Positions 7,618-15,421 of a DNA stretch of 32,000 nucleotides are shown piece after piece. Positions within the stretch are counted from its first letter, which is position 1. Every line of letters starts with the position of its first letter. The position numbers and the translations under genes are program-made. This DNA comes from Mycobacterium tuberculosis H37Rv (GTDB lineage Bacteria > Actinomycetota > Actinomycetes > Mycobacteriales > Mycobacteriaceae), in contig NC_000962.3 in the NCBI RefSeq assembly GCF_000195955.2, positions 3,540,001 through 3,572,000 on the forward strand, read 5' to 3'. Below the pieces are notes generated by a model. It had not been told where the DNA came from and ran no database searches. It worked only from the letters and a program-made list of their open reading frames with translations.

Positions 7618-8907
7618 GTGGTGCATGATGAGGCTGGTCACGAGCTGATCGAGCGGCACATGCTCGAACAGTTGCGCGAGGTTGCGGAGTACACCCGTGT
7701 CGTGCTGATCAATGGTCCACGGCAGGCTGGTAAGACGACGCTGCTCCAACAATTGCACGCCGAGCTAGGCGGATGGCTGCGTTCGTTGGATGTTGACGTC
7801 GAACGCGCGTCGGCGCGAGCCGATCCCGAGGGGTACATCATGTCCGCGCCGCGCCCGACGTTCTTGGACGAGGTCCAGTGCGCCGGGGATCCGTTGATCC
7901 TGGCGATCAAGACGGCAACCGATCGTGACCGCCGGCCCAGACAGTTCTTCCTGTCGGGGTCGACCCGATTCCTGACGGTGCCGACGCTGTCGGAATCACT
8001 GGCCGGACGGGTTGCGATCCTCGACCTCTGGCCGCTGTCTGTCGCTGAACGATCGGGTGTCCGGCCGGAGATCATTGCGCAACTGTTCACTGAACCCCAA
8101 GTGGTCCTGGGCACGGAGCCCGCCCCGGTCACGCGACATGAGTATCTGCAGCTGGCCTGCGCGGGTGGCTTTCCGGAAGTTGTGCAGCGCCCGGCGGGTC
8201 GCGCCCGCAGCCGGTGGTTCTCGGACTATCTGCGCACGGTGACGCAGCGCGACGTGCGCGAGCTGAAGCGGATCGAGCAGACGGATCGCCTGCCGCGGTT
8301 CATGCGCTACCTGGCCGCTATCACCGCGCAGGAGCTGAACGTGGCCGAAGCGGCGCGGGTCATCGGGGTCGACGCGGGGACGATCCGTTCGGATCTGGCG
8401 TTGTTCGAGACGGTCTATCTGGTACATCGCCTGCCCGCCTGGTCGCGGAATCTGACCGCGAAGATCAAGAAGCGGTCAAAGATCCACGTCGTCGACAGTG
8501 GCTTCGCGGCCTGGTTGCGCGGGCAAAGCGCCGACTCCCTGGCCAGGCCAACCGCGGAGGGCGCGGGCCCGATCATGGAAACGTTCGTGATCAACGAGCT
8601 GATGAAGCTACGTGCGGCGACCGAACTCGAGGTTGACCTGTATCACTTTCGCGATCGAGACGGACGGGAGATCGACTGCATTCTTCAGACCCCAGACAGT
8701 CGCGTCGTCGGTGTCGAGGTCAAAGCCTCGGCGACAGTGAACGTCCATGATTTCCGACACTTGTCATTCGCGCGTGACCGACTCGGCGACGAATTCATCA
8801 CCGGAGTTCTCTTCTACACTGGTGCCCGGGCTTTGCCGTTCGGCGACCGGTTGATGGCTCTACCCATCAATCTCCTCTGGAACGGACAATCCGTCTCCAG
8901 CCTGTAG
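7618..8907 (+). CDS. AAA+ family ATPase with DUF4143-type C-terminal domain (Rv3179-like)
   Basis: 429 aa from GTG 7618: VVLINGPRQAGKTTLLQQL (Walker A), FLDEVQC (Walker B), FFLSGSTRFL, RIAILDLWPLSVAER-like, C-terminal EIDCILQTPDSRVVGVEVKAS. Confidence 0.9.
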   Translation: MVHDEAGHELIERHMLEQLREVAEYTRVVLINGPRQAGKTTLLQQLHAELGGWLRSLDVDVERASARADPEGYIMSAPRPTFLDEVQCAGDPLILAIKTATDRDRRPRQFFLSGSTRFLTVPTLSESLAGRVAILDLWPLSVAERSGVRPEIIAQLFTEPQVVLGTEPAPVTRHEYLQLACAGGFPEVVQRPAGRARSRWFSDYLRTVTQRDVRELKRIEQTDRLPRFMRYLAAITAQELNVAEAARVIGVDAGTIRSDLALFETVYLVHRLPAWSRNLTAKIKKRSKIHVVDSGFAAWLRGQSADSLARPTAEGAGPIMETFVINELMKLRAATELEVDLYHFRDRDGREIDCILQTPDSRVVGVEVKASATVNVHDFRHLSFARDRLGDEFITGVLFYTGARALPFGDRLMALPINLLWNGQSVSSL

Positions 8908-8944
8908 GCGCATACCGATCGCCATATTTCAAGAGCAGGTTGGA

Positions 8945-9150
8945 GCTTCTGCCCCCAATCATCGTGCGGCAACGATGGGCGGCTCTAGCGCTAGTCGACG
9001 CGCTATTCAACCAGCTCACACCGAGCTCCCGCGCGGCCACATACCCGCGACCGTGTGATGCAAGCACCCCACCAGCTCCGCGCATCACGCAACGAACCGG
9101 TCAAATCGTAGGCTTCCAAAATCTCCATGATCTCCTCGGCAGACTTCACG
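8945..9150 (-). pseudogene. Degraded transposase relic (IS21-like / integrase-core N-terminal HTH)
   Basis: VKSAEEIMEILEAYDLTGSLRDA (9150-9083) followed, across frame changes, by ELVGCLHHTVAG / YVAARELG. Resembles the N-terminal HTH of a transposase, with multiple frameshifts. Confidence 0.6.
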
Positions 9151-9253
9151 TCACCCCTTTTCGGGAGCTGAACAACCGACGCGGAGCCGTCGGCCGCGGA
9201 TGCCCTGGGGCGGCGGTCCCCAAACCCGATATGGCTAACGTCAAGCGGTCGGA

Positions 9254-9688
9254 TCACGGGTCGAGTTGGGCGGGGGCGACTCGGCACCCGGCGGCATGGG
9301 CTCCGGTGTGCAGGCGTCGGTCCCAAACGGCGACTACCAGGCCGGGGTCGCCGACTGCCAATGCGCTGGCCAGATGAACGGCGTCGGCTCCGCGTAAGGC
9401 ATGTGCTCGGGCGAGGTGGCCGGCGTGCTGTTCAACCGTCGCGGTGAGTTCGACTGGGCGGGTGGCGGCCCAGAAGTCCTCCCAGTCACGCTCGGCGTCG
9501 GCGAGCTCGGATTCGGTTAGGTCGTGATTGCGGGCCGCTGCAGCGAGTGCGGCGCGGACTTCGGGGTAGGCCAGGCGGCTGGACAATGCGGCGTCGCAGC
9601 CGTCCCATAGAGCGGACGCCAGCGAGCTCCCTGTCTCGGTGGTGAGAAGTTTGACGAAGGCGCTGGCGTCGAAGTAGACGAGCGGCAC
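9254..9688 (-). CDS. vapC49: Type II toxin, PIN-domain ribonuclease
   Basis: MPLVYFDASAFVKLLTTETGS...YPEVRAAL...LRGADAVHLASAL...VVAVWDRRLH: PIN fold acidic residues. Pairs with the upstream antitoxin. Corresponds to Rv3180c. Confidence 0.92.
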   Translation of the reverse strand: MPLVYFDASAFVKLLTTETGSSLASALWDGCDAALSSRLAYPEVRAALAAAARNHDLTESELADAERDWEDFWAATRPVELTATVEQHAGHLARAHALRGADAVHLASALAVGDPGLVVAVWDRRLHTGAHAAGCRVAPAQLDP

Positions 9689-9690
9689 GG

Positions 9691-10143
9691 TCAGCGCCGC
9701 TGGTCGCTGACCCGGTCAGACACCGGCCGCTGCGGTCGGGGCCTGGGCCGTCCCGCGGCTACGGGCCGCTGCGCGGTCGCCTTGCCAATCACGCCTTCGG
9801 CCGTGAGACGCTCCAAGGTGTCTGTGCTGTCCAGCGCAGCGAGTCGTGCGATCGGAATCCCACGTTCGGTGATGACGACCTCGCCACCGGCCCGAGCTCG
9901 ATCGAGCCAATCGCTGAGGTGCGCGCGCAACTCGGTCACGGATACATCCACACTTTGAACTGTACACTCACTGAACCGTGATTTGTACATATCACTCTGC
10001 GTGCGGCAACGACGACGTGAGAGATTGACCTGCGCAAGCCGGAGGCGAGGTGGCAACGGCCGGTACACCGATTCGTCCGCGGTGCTGGCGACGCCGAAAC
10101 GGTCGATGTCGTGGTGACTGGTCACCTTCCGTCCAAGCTGCAT
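9691..10143 (-). CDS. vapB49: Type II antitoxin, Phd/YefM-like; shorter start at 9951 possible
   Basis: VDVSVTELRAHLSDWLDRARAGGEVVITERGIPIARLAALDS: classic Phd/VapB core. Immediately upstream of the PIN toxin. Corresponds to Rv3181c (150 aa as remembered). Confidence 0.82.
   Translation of the reverse strand: MQLGRKVTSHHDIDRFGVASTADESVYRPLPPRLRLAQVNLSRRRCRTQSDMYKSRFSECTVQSVDVSVTELRAHLSDWLDRARAGGEVVITERGIPIARLAALDSTDTLERLTAEGVIGKATAQRPVAAGRPRPRPQRPVSDRVSDQRR
9961..9989. promoter_or_regulatory. Two TGTACA palindromes 23 bp apart, candidate VapBC autoregulatory operator
   Basis: TGTACA at 9961-9966 and 9984-9989, just upstream of the alternative vapB GTG at 9951. Confidence 0.45.
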
Positions 10144-10341
10144 CCGAAGGTGTTGCAACGGAAGGTGTTTGCCGTCCGCGCTGGGCCTTCGGCGCAGCTG
10201 GCATTTGTGGTCAGCTGCATGGCGACGGCAGCGCCTCGGTGGTGAACGCCGGGTTTAGCTTGCAGCGGCCGAGCAGGCTGCCTCGTTCCTGCTCGGTGAC
10301 AGTTGGCCCGACGATGACCGCGCACCGCCGCCACCACGAGA

Positions 10342-10359
10342 TATAACCTAGAGGTTATA
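10342..10359. promoter_or_regulatory. Palindromic operator candidate TATAACCT-AG-AGGTTATA upstream of higB3A3
   Basis: Eight-bp arms with a 2-bp centre, 15 bp upstream of the toxin ATG at 10374. AT-rich island in GC-rich DNA. Confidence 0.65.
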
Positions 10360-10373
10360 CTGGTGCGGAAGCG

Positions 10374-10718
10374 TTGGCCGTGATCCTGCTCCCGCAGGTC
10401 GAACGGTGGTTCTTCGCGCTCAACAGGGATGCGATGGCCTCGGTCACCGGCGCCATCGACCTGCTCGAAATGGAGGGGCCGACGTTGGGCCGCCCGGTGG
10501 TCGACAAAGTGAACGACTCAACGTTTCACAACATGAAGGAGCTGCGCCCCGCCGGCACCAGCATCCGGATCCTGTTCGCCTTCGACCCGGCCCGGCAGGC
10601 GATCCTGCTGCTGGGCGGTGACAAGGCAGGCAACTGGAAACGCTGGTACGACAACAACATTCCAATCGCTGACCAGCGCTCCGAGAACTGGCTGGCGAGC
10701 GAGCACGGAGGTGGATGA
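10374..10718 (+). CDS. higB3: HigB/RelE-like toxin (Rv3182-like)
   Basis: MAVILLPQVERWFFALN...GRPVVDKVNDSTFHNMKELRPAGTSIRILFAFDPARQAILLLGGDKAGNWKRWYDNNIPIAD: typical HigB/gp49 family. 4-bp overlap with the antitoxin ORF. Confidence 0.9.
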   Translation: MAVILLPQVERWFFALNRDAMASVTGAIDLLEMEGPTLGRPVVDKVNDSTFHNMKELRPAGTSIRILFAFDPARQAILLLGGDKAGNWKRWYDNNIPIADQRSENWLASEHGGG

Positions 10719-11044
10719 CCATGGCCCGCAACTGGCGTGACATTCGCGCCGATGCCGTCGCGCAGGGCCGCGTGGATCTGCAGCGGGCCGCCGTGGCACG
10801 CGAGGAGATGCGCGATGCCGTCCTGGCGCACCGCCTGGCCGAGATCCGCAAGGCGCTAGGCCACGCACGTCAGGCCGACGTCGCGGCGCTGATGGGGGTC
10901 TCTCAGGCCCGTGTCTCCAAGCTGGAGAGCGGCGACCTGTCCCACACCGAACTCGGCACCCTGCAGGCCTACGTTGCCGCCCTGGGCGGGCACCTGCGCA
11001 TCGTCGCTGAGTTCGGCGAAAATACTGTCGAGCTGACCGCCTGA
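10715..11044 (+). CDS. higA3: XRE-family HTH antitoxin (Rv3183-like)
   Basis: LAEIRKALGHARQADVAALMGVSQARVSKLESGDLSHTELGTLQAYVAALGGHLRIVAEFGE: HTH plus typical C-term. ATGA overlap with the toxin. Confidence 0.92.
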   Translation: MTMARNWRDIRADAVAQGRVDLQRAAVAREEMRDAVLAHRLAEIRKALGHARQADVAALMGVSQARVSKLESGDLSHTELGTLQAYVAALGGHLRIVAEFGENTVELTA

Positions 11045-11174
11045 GCTAACTCACGCCCACACTTCCGGCCGGTCTCGATCTCCCAAGCCCCAGCACAGCT
11101 CGTGTTCCCAATCTGTTCCCAACCAGATCCTTAGCTATGCGCATGTTCCCAAAAGTGTTCCCGCCCATGAAAAC

Positions 11175-11200
11175 GGCCCCCGGAGTCTCCTCCGAGGGCC
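11175..11200 (-). terminator. Rho-independent-like hairpin downstream of the partial tRNA-Met copy
   Basis: GGCCCCCGGAGTCTCCTCCGAGGGCC, with the minus strand continuing GTTTTC. Confidence 0.6.
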
Positions 11201-11280
11201 ATTTCGCCGGTAGCGGGGACAGGATTCGATGAACCGCCCCGGCATGTCCGGAGACTCCAGTTCTTGGAAAGGATGGGGTC

Positions 11281-11607
11281 ATGTCAGGTGGTTCATCGAG
11301 GAGGTACCCGCCGGAGCTGCGTGAGCGGGCGGTGCGGATGGTCGCAGAGATCCGCGGTCAGCACGATTCGGAGTGGGCAGCGATCAGTGAGGTCGCCCGT
11401 CTACTTGGTGTTGGCTGCGCGGAGACGGTGCGTAAGTGGGTGCGCCAGGCGCAGGTCGATGCCGGCGCACGGCCCGGGACCACGACCGAAGAATCCGCTG
11501 AGCTGAAGCGCTTGCGGCGGGACAACGCCGAATTGCGAAGGGCGAACGCGATTTTAAAGACCGCGTCGGCTTTCTTCGCGGCCGAGCTCGACCGGCCAGC
11601 ACGCTAA
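11281..11607 (+). CDS. IS6110 OrfA
   Basis: MSGGSSRRYPPELRERAVRMVAEIRGQHDSEWAAISEVARLLG: IS3-family OrfA HTH. Confidence 0.97.
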   Translation: MSGGSSRRYPPELRERAVRMVAEIRGQHDSEWAAISEVARLLGVGCAETVRKWVRQAQVDAGARPGTTTEESAELKRLRRDNAELRRANAILKTASAFFAAELDRPAR

Positions 11608-11657
11608 TTACCCGGTTCATCGCCGATCATCAGGGCCACCGCGAGGGCCCCGATGGT

Positions 11658-12542
11658 TTGCGGTGGGGTGTCGAGTCGATCTGCACACAGCTGACCGAGC
11701 TGGGTGTGCCGATCGCCCCATCGACCTACTACGACCACATCAACCGGGAGCCCAGCCGCCGCGAGCTGCGCGATGGCGAACTCAAGGAGCACATCAGCCG
11801 CGTCCACGCCGCCAACTACGGTGTTTACGGTGCCCGCAAAGTGTGGCTAACCCTGAACCGTGAGGGCATCGAGGTGGCCAGATGCACCGTCGAACGGCTG
11901 ATGACCAAACTCGGCCTGTCCGGGACCACCCGCGGCAAAGCCCGCAGGACCACGATCGCTGATCCGGCCACAGCCCGTCCCGCCGATCTCGTCCAGCGCC
12001 GCTTCGGACCACCAGCACCTAACCGGCTGTGGGTAGCAGACCTCACCTATGTGTCGACCTGGGCAGGGTTCGCCTACGTGGCCTTTGTCACCGACGCCTA
12101 CGCTCGCAGGATCCTGGGCTGGCGGGTCGCTTCCACGATGGCCACCTCCATGGTCCTCGACGCGATCGAGCAAGCCATCTGGACCCGCCAACAAGAAGGC
12201 GTACTCGACCTGAAAGACGTTATCCACCATACGGATAGGGGATCTCAGTACACATCGATCCGGTTCAGCGAGCGGCTCGCCGAGGCAGGCATCCAACCGT
12301 CGGTCGGAGCGGTCGGAAGCTCCTATGACAATGCACTAGCCGAGACGATCAACGGCCTATACAAGACCGAGCTGATCAAACCCGGCAAGCCCTGGCGGTC
12401 CATCGAGGATGTCGAGTTGGCCACCGCGCGCTGGGTCGACTGGTTCAACCATCGCCGCCTCTACCAGTACTGCGGCGACGTCCCGCCGGTCGAACTCGAG
12501 GCTGCCTACTACGCTCAACGCCAGAGACCAGCCGCCGGCTGA
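11658..12542 (+). CDS. IS6110 OrfB transposase (DDE integrase core); native product is an OrfAB fusion by -1 frameshift
   Basis: 294-aa ORF with LWVADLTYVSTWAGFAYVAFVTDAYARRILGW, HHTDRGSQYTS and ALAETINGLYKTELI. Candidate slippery TTTTAAAG at 11552-11559. Confidence 0.96.
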   Translation: MRWGVESICTQLTELGVPIAPSTYYDHINREPSRRELRDGELKEHISRVHAANYGVYGARKVWLTLNREGIEVARCTVERLMTKLGLSGTTRGKARRTTIADPATARPADLVQRRFGPPAPNRLWVADLTYVSTWAGFAYVAFVTDAYARRILGWRVASTMATSMVLDAIEQAIWTRQQEGVLDLKDVIHHTDRGSQYTSIRFSERLAEAGIQPSVGAVGSSYDNALAETINGLYKTELIKPGKPWRSIEDVELATARWVDWFNHRRLYQYCGDVPPVELEAAYYAQRQRPAAG

Positions 12543-12763
12543 GGTCTCAGATCAGAGAGTCTCCGGACTCACCGGGGCGGTTCACGAACCTGCGACCTCT
12601 GGGTTATGAGCTAACCAGTCGCAATCTCTCCCATCGCGGTCGGTCTCATACGTCCAGATCAGCCTCTATTCCGCCGTCCAGCCTGTTCCGCCGCGTCGCG
12701 GTTGTACGGATTTGAACCGCCCCGGCATGTCCGGAGACTCCAGTTCTTGGAAAGGATGGGGTC

Positions 12764-13090
12764 ATGTCAGGTGGTTCATCGAGGAGGTACCCGCCGGAGC
12801 TGCGTGAGCGGGCGGTGCGGATGGTCGCAGAGATCCGCGGTCAGCACGATTCGGAGTGGGCAGCGATCAGTGAGGTCGCCCGTCTACTTGGTGTTGGCTG
12901 CGCGGAGACGGTGCGTAAGTGGGTGCGCCAGGCGCAGGTCGATGCCGGCGCACGGCCCGGGACCACGACCGAAGAATCCGCTGAGCTGAAGCGCTTGCGG
13001 CGGGACAACGCCGAATTGCGAAGGGCGAACGCGATTTTAAAGACCGCGTCGGCTTTCTTCGCGGCCGAGCTCGACCGGCCAGCACGCTAA
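12764..13090 (+). CDS. IS6110 OrfA (copy 2)
   Basis: Translation identical to the 11281-11607 ORF. Confidence 0.97.
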   Translation: MSGGSSRRYPPELRERAVRMVAEIRGQHDSEWAAISEVARLLGVGCAETVRKWVRQAQVDAGARPGTTTEESAELKRLRRDNAELRRANAILKTASAFFAAELDRPAR

Positions 13091-13140
13091 TTACCCGGTT
13101 CATCGCCGATCATCAGGGCCACCGCGAGGGCCCCGATGGT

Positions 13141-14025
13141 TTGCGGTGGGGTGTCGAGTCGATCTGCACACAGCTGACCGAGCTGGGTGTGCCGATCGCC
13201 CCATCGACCTACTACGACCACATCAACCGGGAGCCCAGCCGCCGCGAGCTGCGCGATGGCGAACTCAAGGAGCACATCAGCCGCGTCCACGCCGCCAACT
13301 ACGGTGTTTACGGTGCCCGCAAAGTGTGGCTAACCCTGAACCGTGAGGGCATCGAGGTGGCCAGATGCACCGTCGAACGGCTGATGACCAAACTCGGCCT
13401 GTCCGGGACCACCCGCGGCAAAGCCCGCAGGACCACGATCGCTGATCCGGCCACAGCCCGTCCCGCCGATCTCGTCCAGCGCCGCTTCGGACCACCAGCA
13501 CCTAACCGGCTGTGGGTAGCAGACCTCACCTATGTGTCGACCTGGGCAGGGTTCGCCTACGTGGCCTTTGTCACCGACGCCTACGCTCGCAGGATCCTGG
13601 GCTGGCGGGTCGCTTCCACGATGGCCACCTCCATGGTCCTCGACGCGATCGAGCAAGCCATCTGGACCCGCCAACAAGAAGGCGTACTCGACCTGAAAGA
13701 CGTTATCCACCATACGGATAGGGGATCTCAGTACACATCGATCCGGTTCAGCGAGCGGCTCGCCGAGGCAGGCATCCAACCGTCGGTCGGAGCGGTCGGA
13801 AGCTCCTATGACAATGCACTAGCCGAGACGATCAACGGCCTATACAAGACCGAGCTGATCAAACCCGGCAAGCCCTGGCGGTCCATCGAGGATGTCGAGT
13901 TGGCCACCGCGCGCTGGGTCGACTGGTTCAACCATCGCCGCCTCTACCAGTACTGCGGCGACGTCCCGCCGGTCGAACTCGAGGCTGCCTACTACGCTCA
14001 ACGCCAGAGACCAGCCGCCGGCTGA
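13141..14025 (+). CDS. IS6110 OrfB transposase (copy 2)
   Basis: Translation identical to the 11658-12542 ORF. Confidence 0.96.
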   Translation: MRWGVESICTQLTELGVPIAPSTYYDHINREPSRRELRDGELKEHISRVHAANYGVYGARKVWLTLNREGIEVARCTVERLMTKLGLSGTTRGKARRTTIADPATARPADLVQRRFGPPAPNRLWVADLTYVSTWAGFAYVAFVTDAYARRILGWRVASTMATSMVLDAIEQAIWTRQQEGVLDLKDVIHHTDRGSQYTSIRFSERLAEAGIQPSVGAVGSSYDNALAETINGLYKTELIKPGKPWRSIEDVELATARWVDWFNHRRLYQYCGDVPPVELEAAYYAQRQRPAAG

Positions 14026-14297
14026 GGTCTCAGATCAGAGAGTCTCCGGACTCACCGGGGCGGTTCAATTCGTTTCGGCCTGTTCTGTTCCCAAATCCGT
14101 TCCCAACACAGCAATCAGCAGCAATCCCAGGCCGAAATCGGTCAGACTCTTGGTGGACCTACAGCACCTCGCCTCCATGTGGTCGCGGAGCTAGTGAGGG
14201 TCCATCGGCAGCACCACTTAGGGCGCCTCCGTTGTCATCATGGTCGATAAGCGGTAGCGTTTACGGTAGTAGAACCGGAAGTTGCGGAGGAACCACG

Positions 14298-14645
14298 ATG
14301 GCGGTCACCCTGGACCGGGCGGTCGAGGCCAGCGAGATCGTCGATGCCCTGAAACCCTTCGGCGTCACCCAGGTCGACGTCGCCGCGGTCATACAGGTGT
14401 CCGATCGGGCGGTACGCGGGTGGCGGACCGGCGACATCCGCCCTGAGCGGTACGACCGGCTGGCGCAGCTTCGTGACCTCGTCCTCCTGCTCTCGGATTC
14501 GCTTACCCCCCGAGGTGTCGGCCAGTGGCTGCACGCCAAAAACCGGCTCCTCGACGGGCAGCGCCCGGTTGACCTGCTCGCCAAGGATCGCTACGAGGAT
14601 GTGCGAAGCGCGGCGGAGTCATTTATCGACGGCGCCTACGTGTGA
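14298..14645 (+). CDS. mbcA: MbcA antitoxin (Xre/MbcA/ParS-type; Rv3188)
   Basis: 115 aa from ATG 14298: MAVTLDRAVEASEIVDALKPFGVTQVDVAAVIQVSDRAVRGWRTGDIRPERYDRLAQLRDLVLLLSDSLTPRGVGQWLHAKNRLLDGQRPVDLLAKDRYEDV. Confidence 0.95.
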   Translation: MAVTLDRAVEASEIVDALKPFGVTQVDVAAVIQVSDRAVRGWRTGDIRPERYDRLAQLRDLVLLLSDSLTPRGVGQWLHAKNRLLDGQRPVDLLAKDRYEDVRSAAESFIDGAYV

Positions 14646-15262
14646 AGCTTGCCGACGCGATCGCCACCGCACCGCGGCGAACGCTCAAAGGCACCTACTG
14701 GCACCAAGGCCCCACACGTCACCCTGTGACCTCCTGCGCCGACCCCGCCCGAGGTCCTGGCCGTTACCACCGAACGGGCGAGCCGGGAGTCTGGTACGCA
14801 TCGAACAAAGAGCAAGGTGCATGGGCGGAGTTGTTCCGCCACTTCGTCGATGACGGGGTCGATCCATTCGAGGTCCGTCGCCGCGTCGGTCGAGTGGCGG
14901 TCACACTCCAGGTACTCGACCTCACAGACGAGAGGACTCGATCCCATCTAGGTGTGGACGAAACAGATCTTCTGTCCGACGACTACACCACCACCCAGGC
15001 CATCGCCGCCGCCCGCGATGCCAACTTCGACGCCGTACTGGCCCCGGCGGCGGCGCTCCCCGGTTGTCAAACACTTGCCGTGTTCGTTCACGCACTGCCC
15101 AACATCGAGCCCGAGCGATCCGAGGTCCGTCAACCGCCTCCGCGGCTCGCCAACCTACTCCCGCTGATCCGTCCGCACGAACACATGCCCGACTCCGTGC
15201 GCAGATTGCTTGCAACGCTGACACGTGCAGGAGCCGAAGCAATCCGGCGCCGACGACGTTAA
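14642..15262 (+). CDS. mbcT: MbcT toxin, RES domain NAD+ phosphorylase (Rv3189)
   Basis: 206 aa. KGTYWHQGPTRHPVTSCADPARGPGRYHRTGEPGVWYASNKEQGAWAELFRHFVDDG: RES signature. GTGA overlap with mbcA. Confidence 0.95.
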   Translation: MKLADAIATAPRRTLKGTYWHQGPTRHPVTSCADPARGPGRYHRTGEPGVWYASNKEQGAWAELFRHFVDDGVDPFEVRRRVGRVAVTLQVLDLTDERTRSHLGVDETDLLSDDYTTTQAIAAARDANFDAVLAPAAALPGCQTLAVFVHALPNIEPERSEVRQPPPRLANLLPLIRPHEHMPDSVRRLLATLTRAGAEAIRRRRR

Positions 15263-15421
15263 AGGCTTCGAGACCGGACGGGCTGTAGGTTCCTCAACTG
15301 TGTGGCGGATGGTCTGAGCACTTAACGCTTCGTTGACCAAAGCCCCACTTGATGCGAGGACGCGATCAGACAACGGAATGGCCTAGCCGCCGTCGCGGTG
15401 GCTTTGCGCGACTGGGGCGGC

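Larger units (their letters stand above)
11230..12584 (+). mobile_element. IS6110 (IS3 family), copy 1, 1355 bp, target duplication CGA
   Basis: Left end TGAACCGCCCCGGCATGTCCGGAGACTC, right end GAGTCTCCGGACTCACCGGGGCGGTTCA. CGA at 11227-11229 and 12585-12587. Confidence 0.98.
11209..12611 (-). repeat. Partial (45-bp) duplication of the tRNA-Met 3' part, split by IS6110 (att-like site)
   Basis: GGTAGCGGGGACAGGATTCGA (11209-11229) plus ACCTGCGACCTCTGGGTTATGAGC (12588-12611). Joined at the CGA target duplication these equal 45 bp of the intact tRNA at 19368-19412. Confidence 0.88.
12713..14067 (+). mobile_element. IS6110, copy 2, 1355 bp, target duplication ATT
   Basis: Same terminal sequences and same ORFs as copy 1, offset 1483 bp. 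ATT at 12710-12712 and 14068-14070. Confidence 0.98.

Noticed and set aside
12029-12238. Additional ORFs within IS6110 (both strands)
   Set aside because: Alternative-frame ORFs inside the known transposase; repeated identically in copy 2 because the DNA is identical.
11230-14067. Novel composite transposon formed by two IS6110 copies
   Set aside because: The 128-bp spacer carries no gene and each copy has its own target duplication (CGA, ATT), so they are independent insertions.
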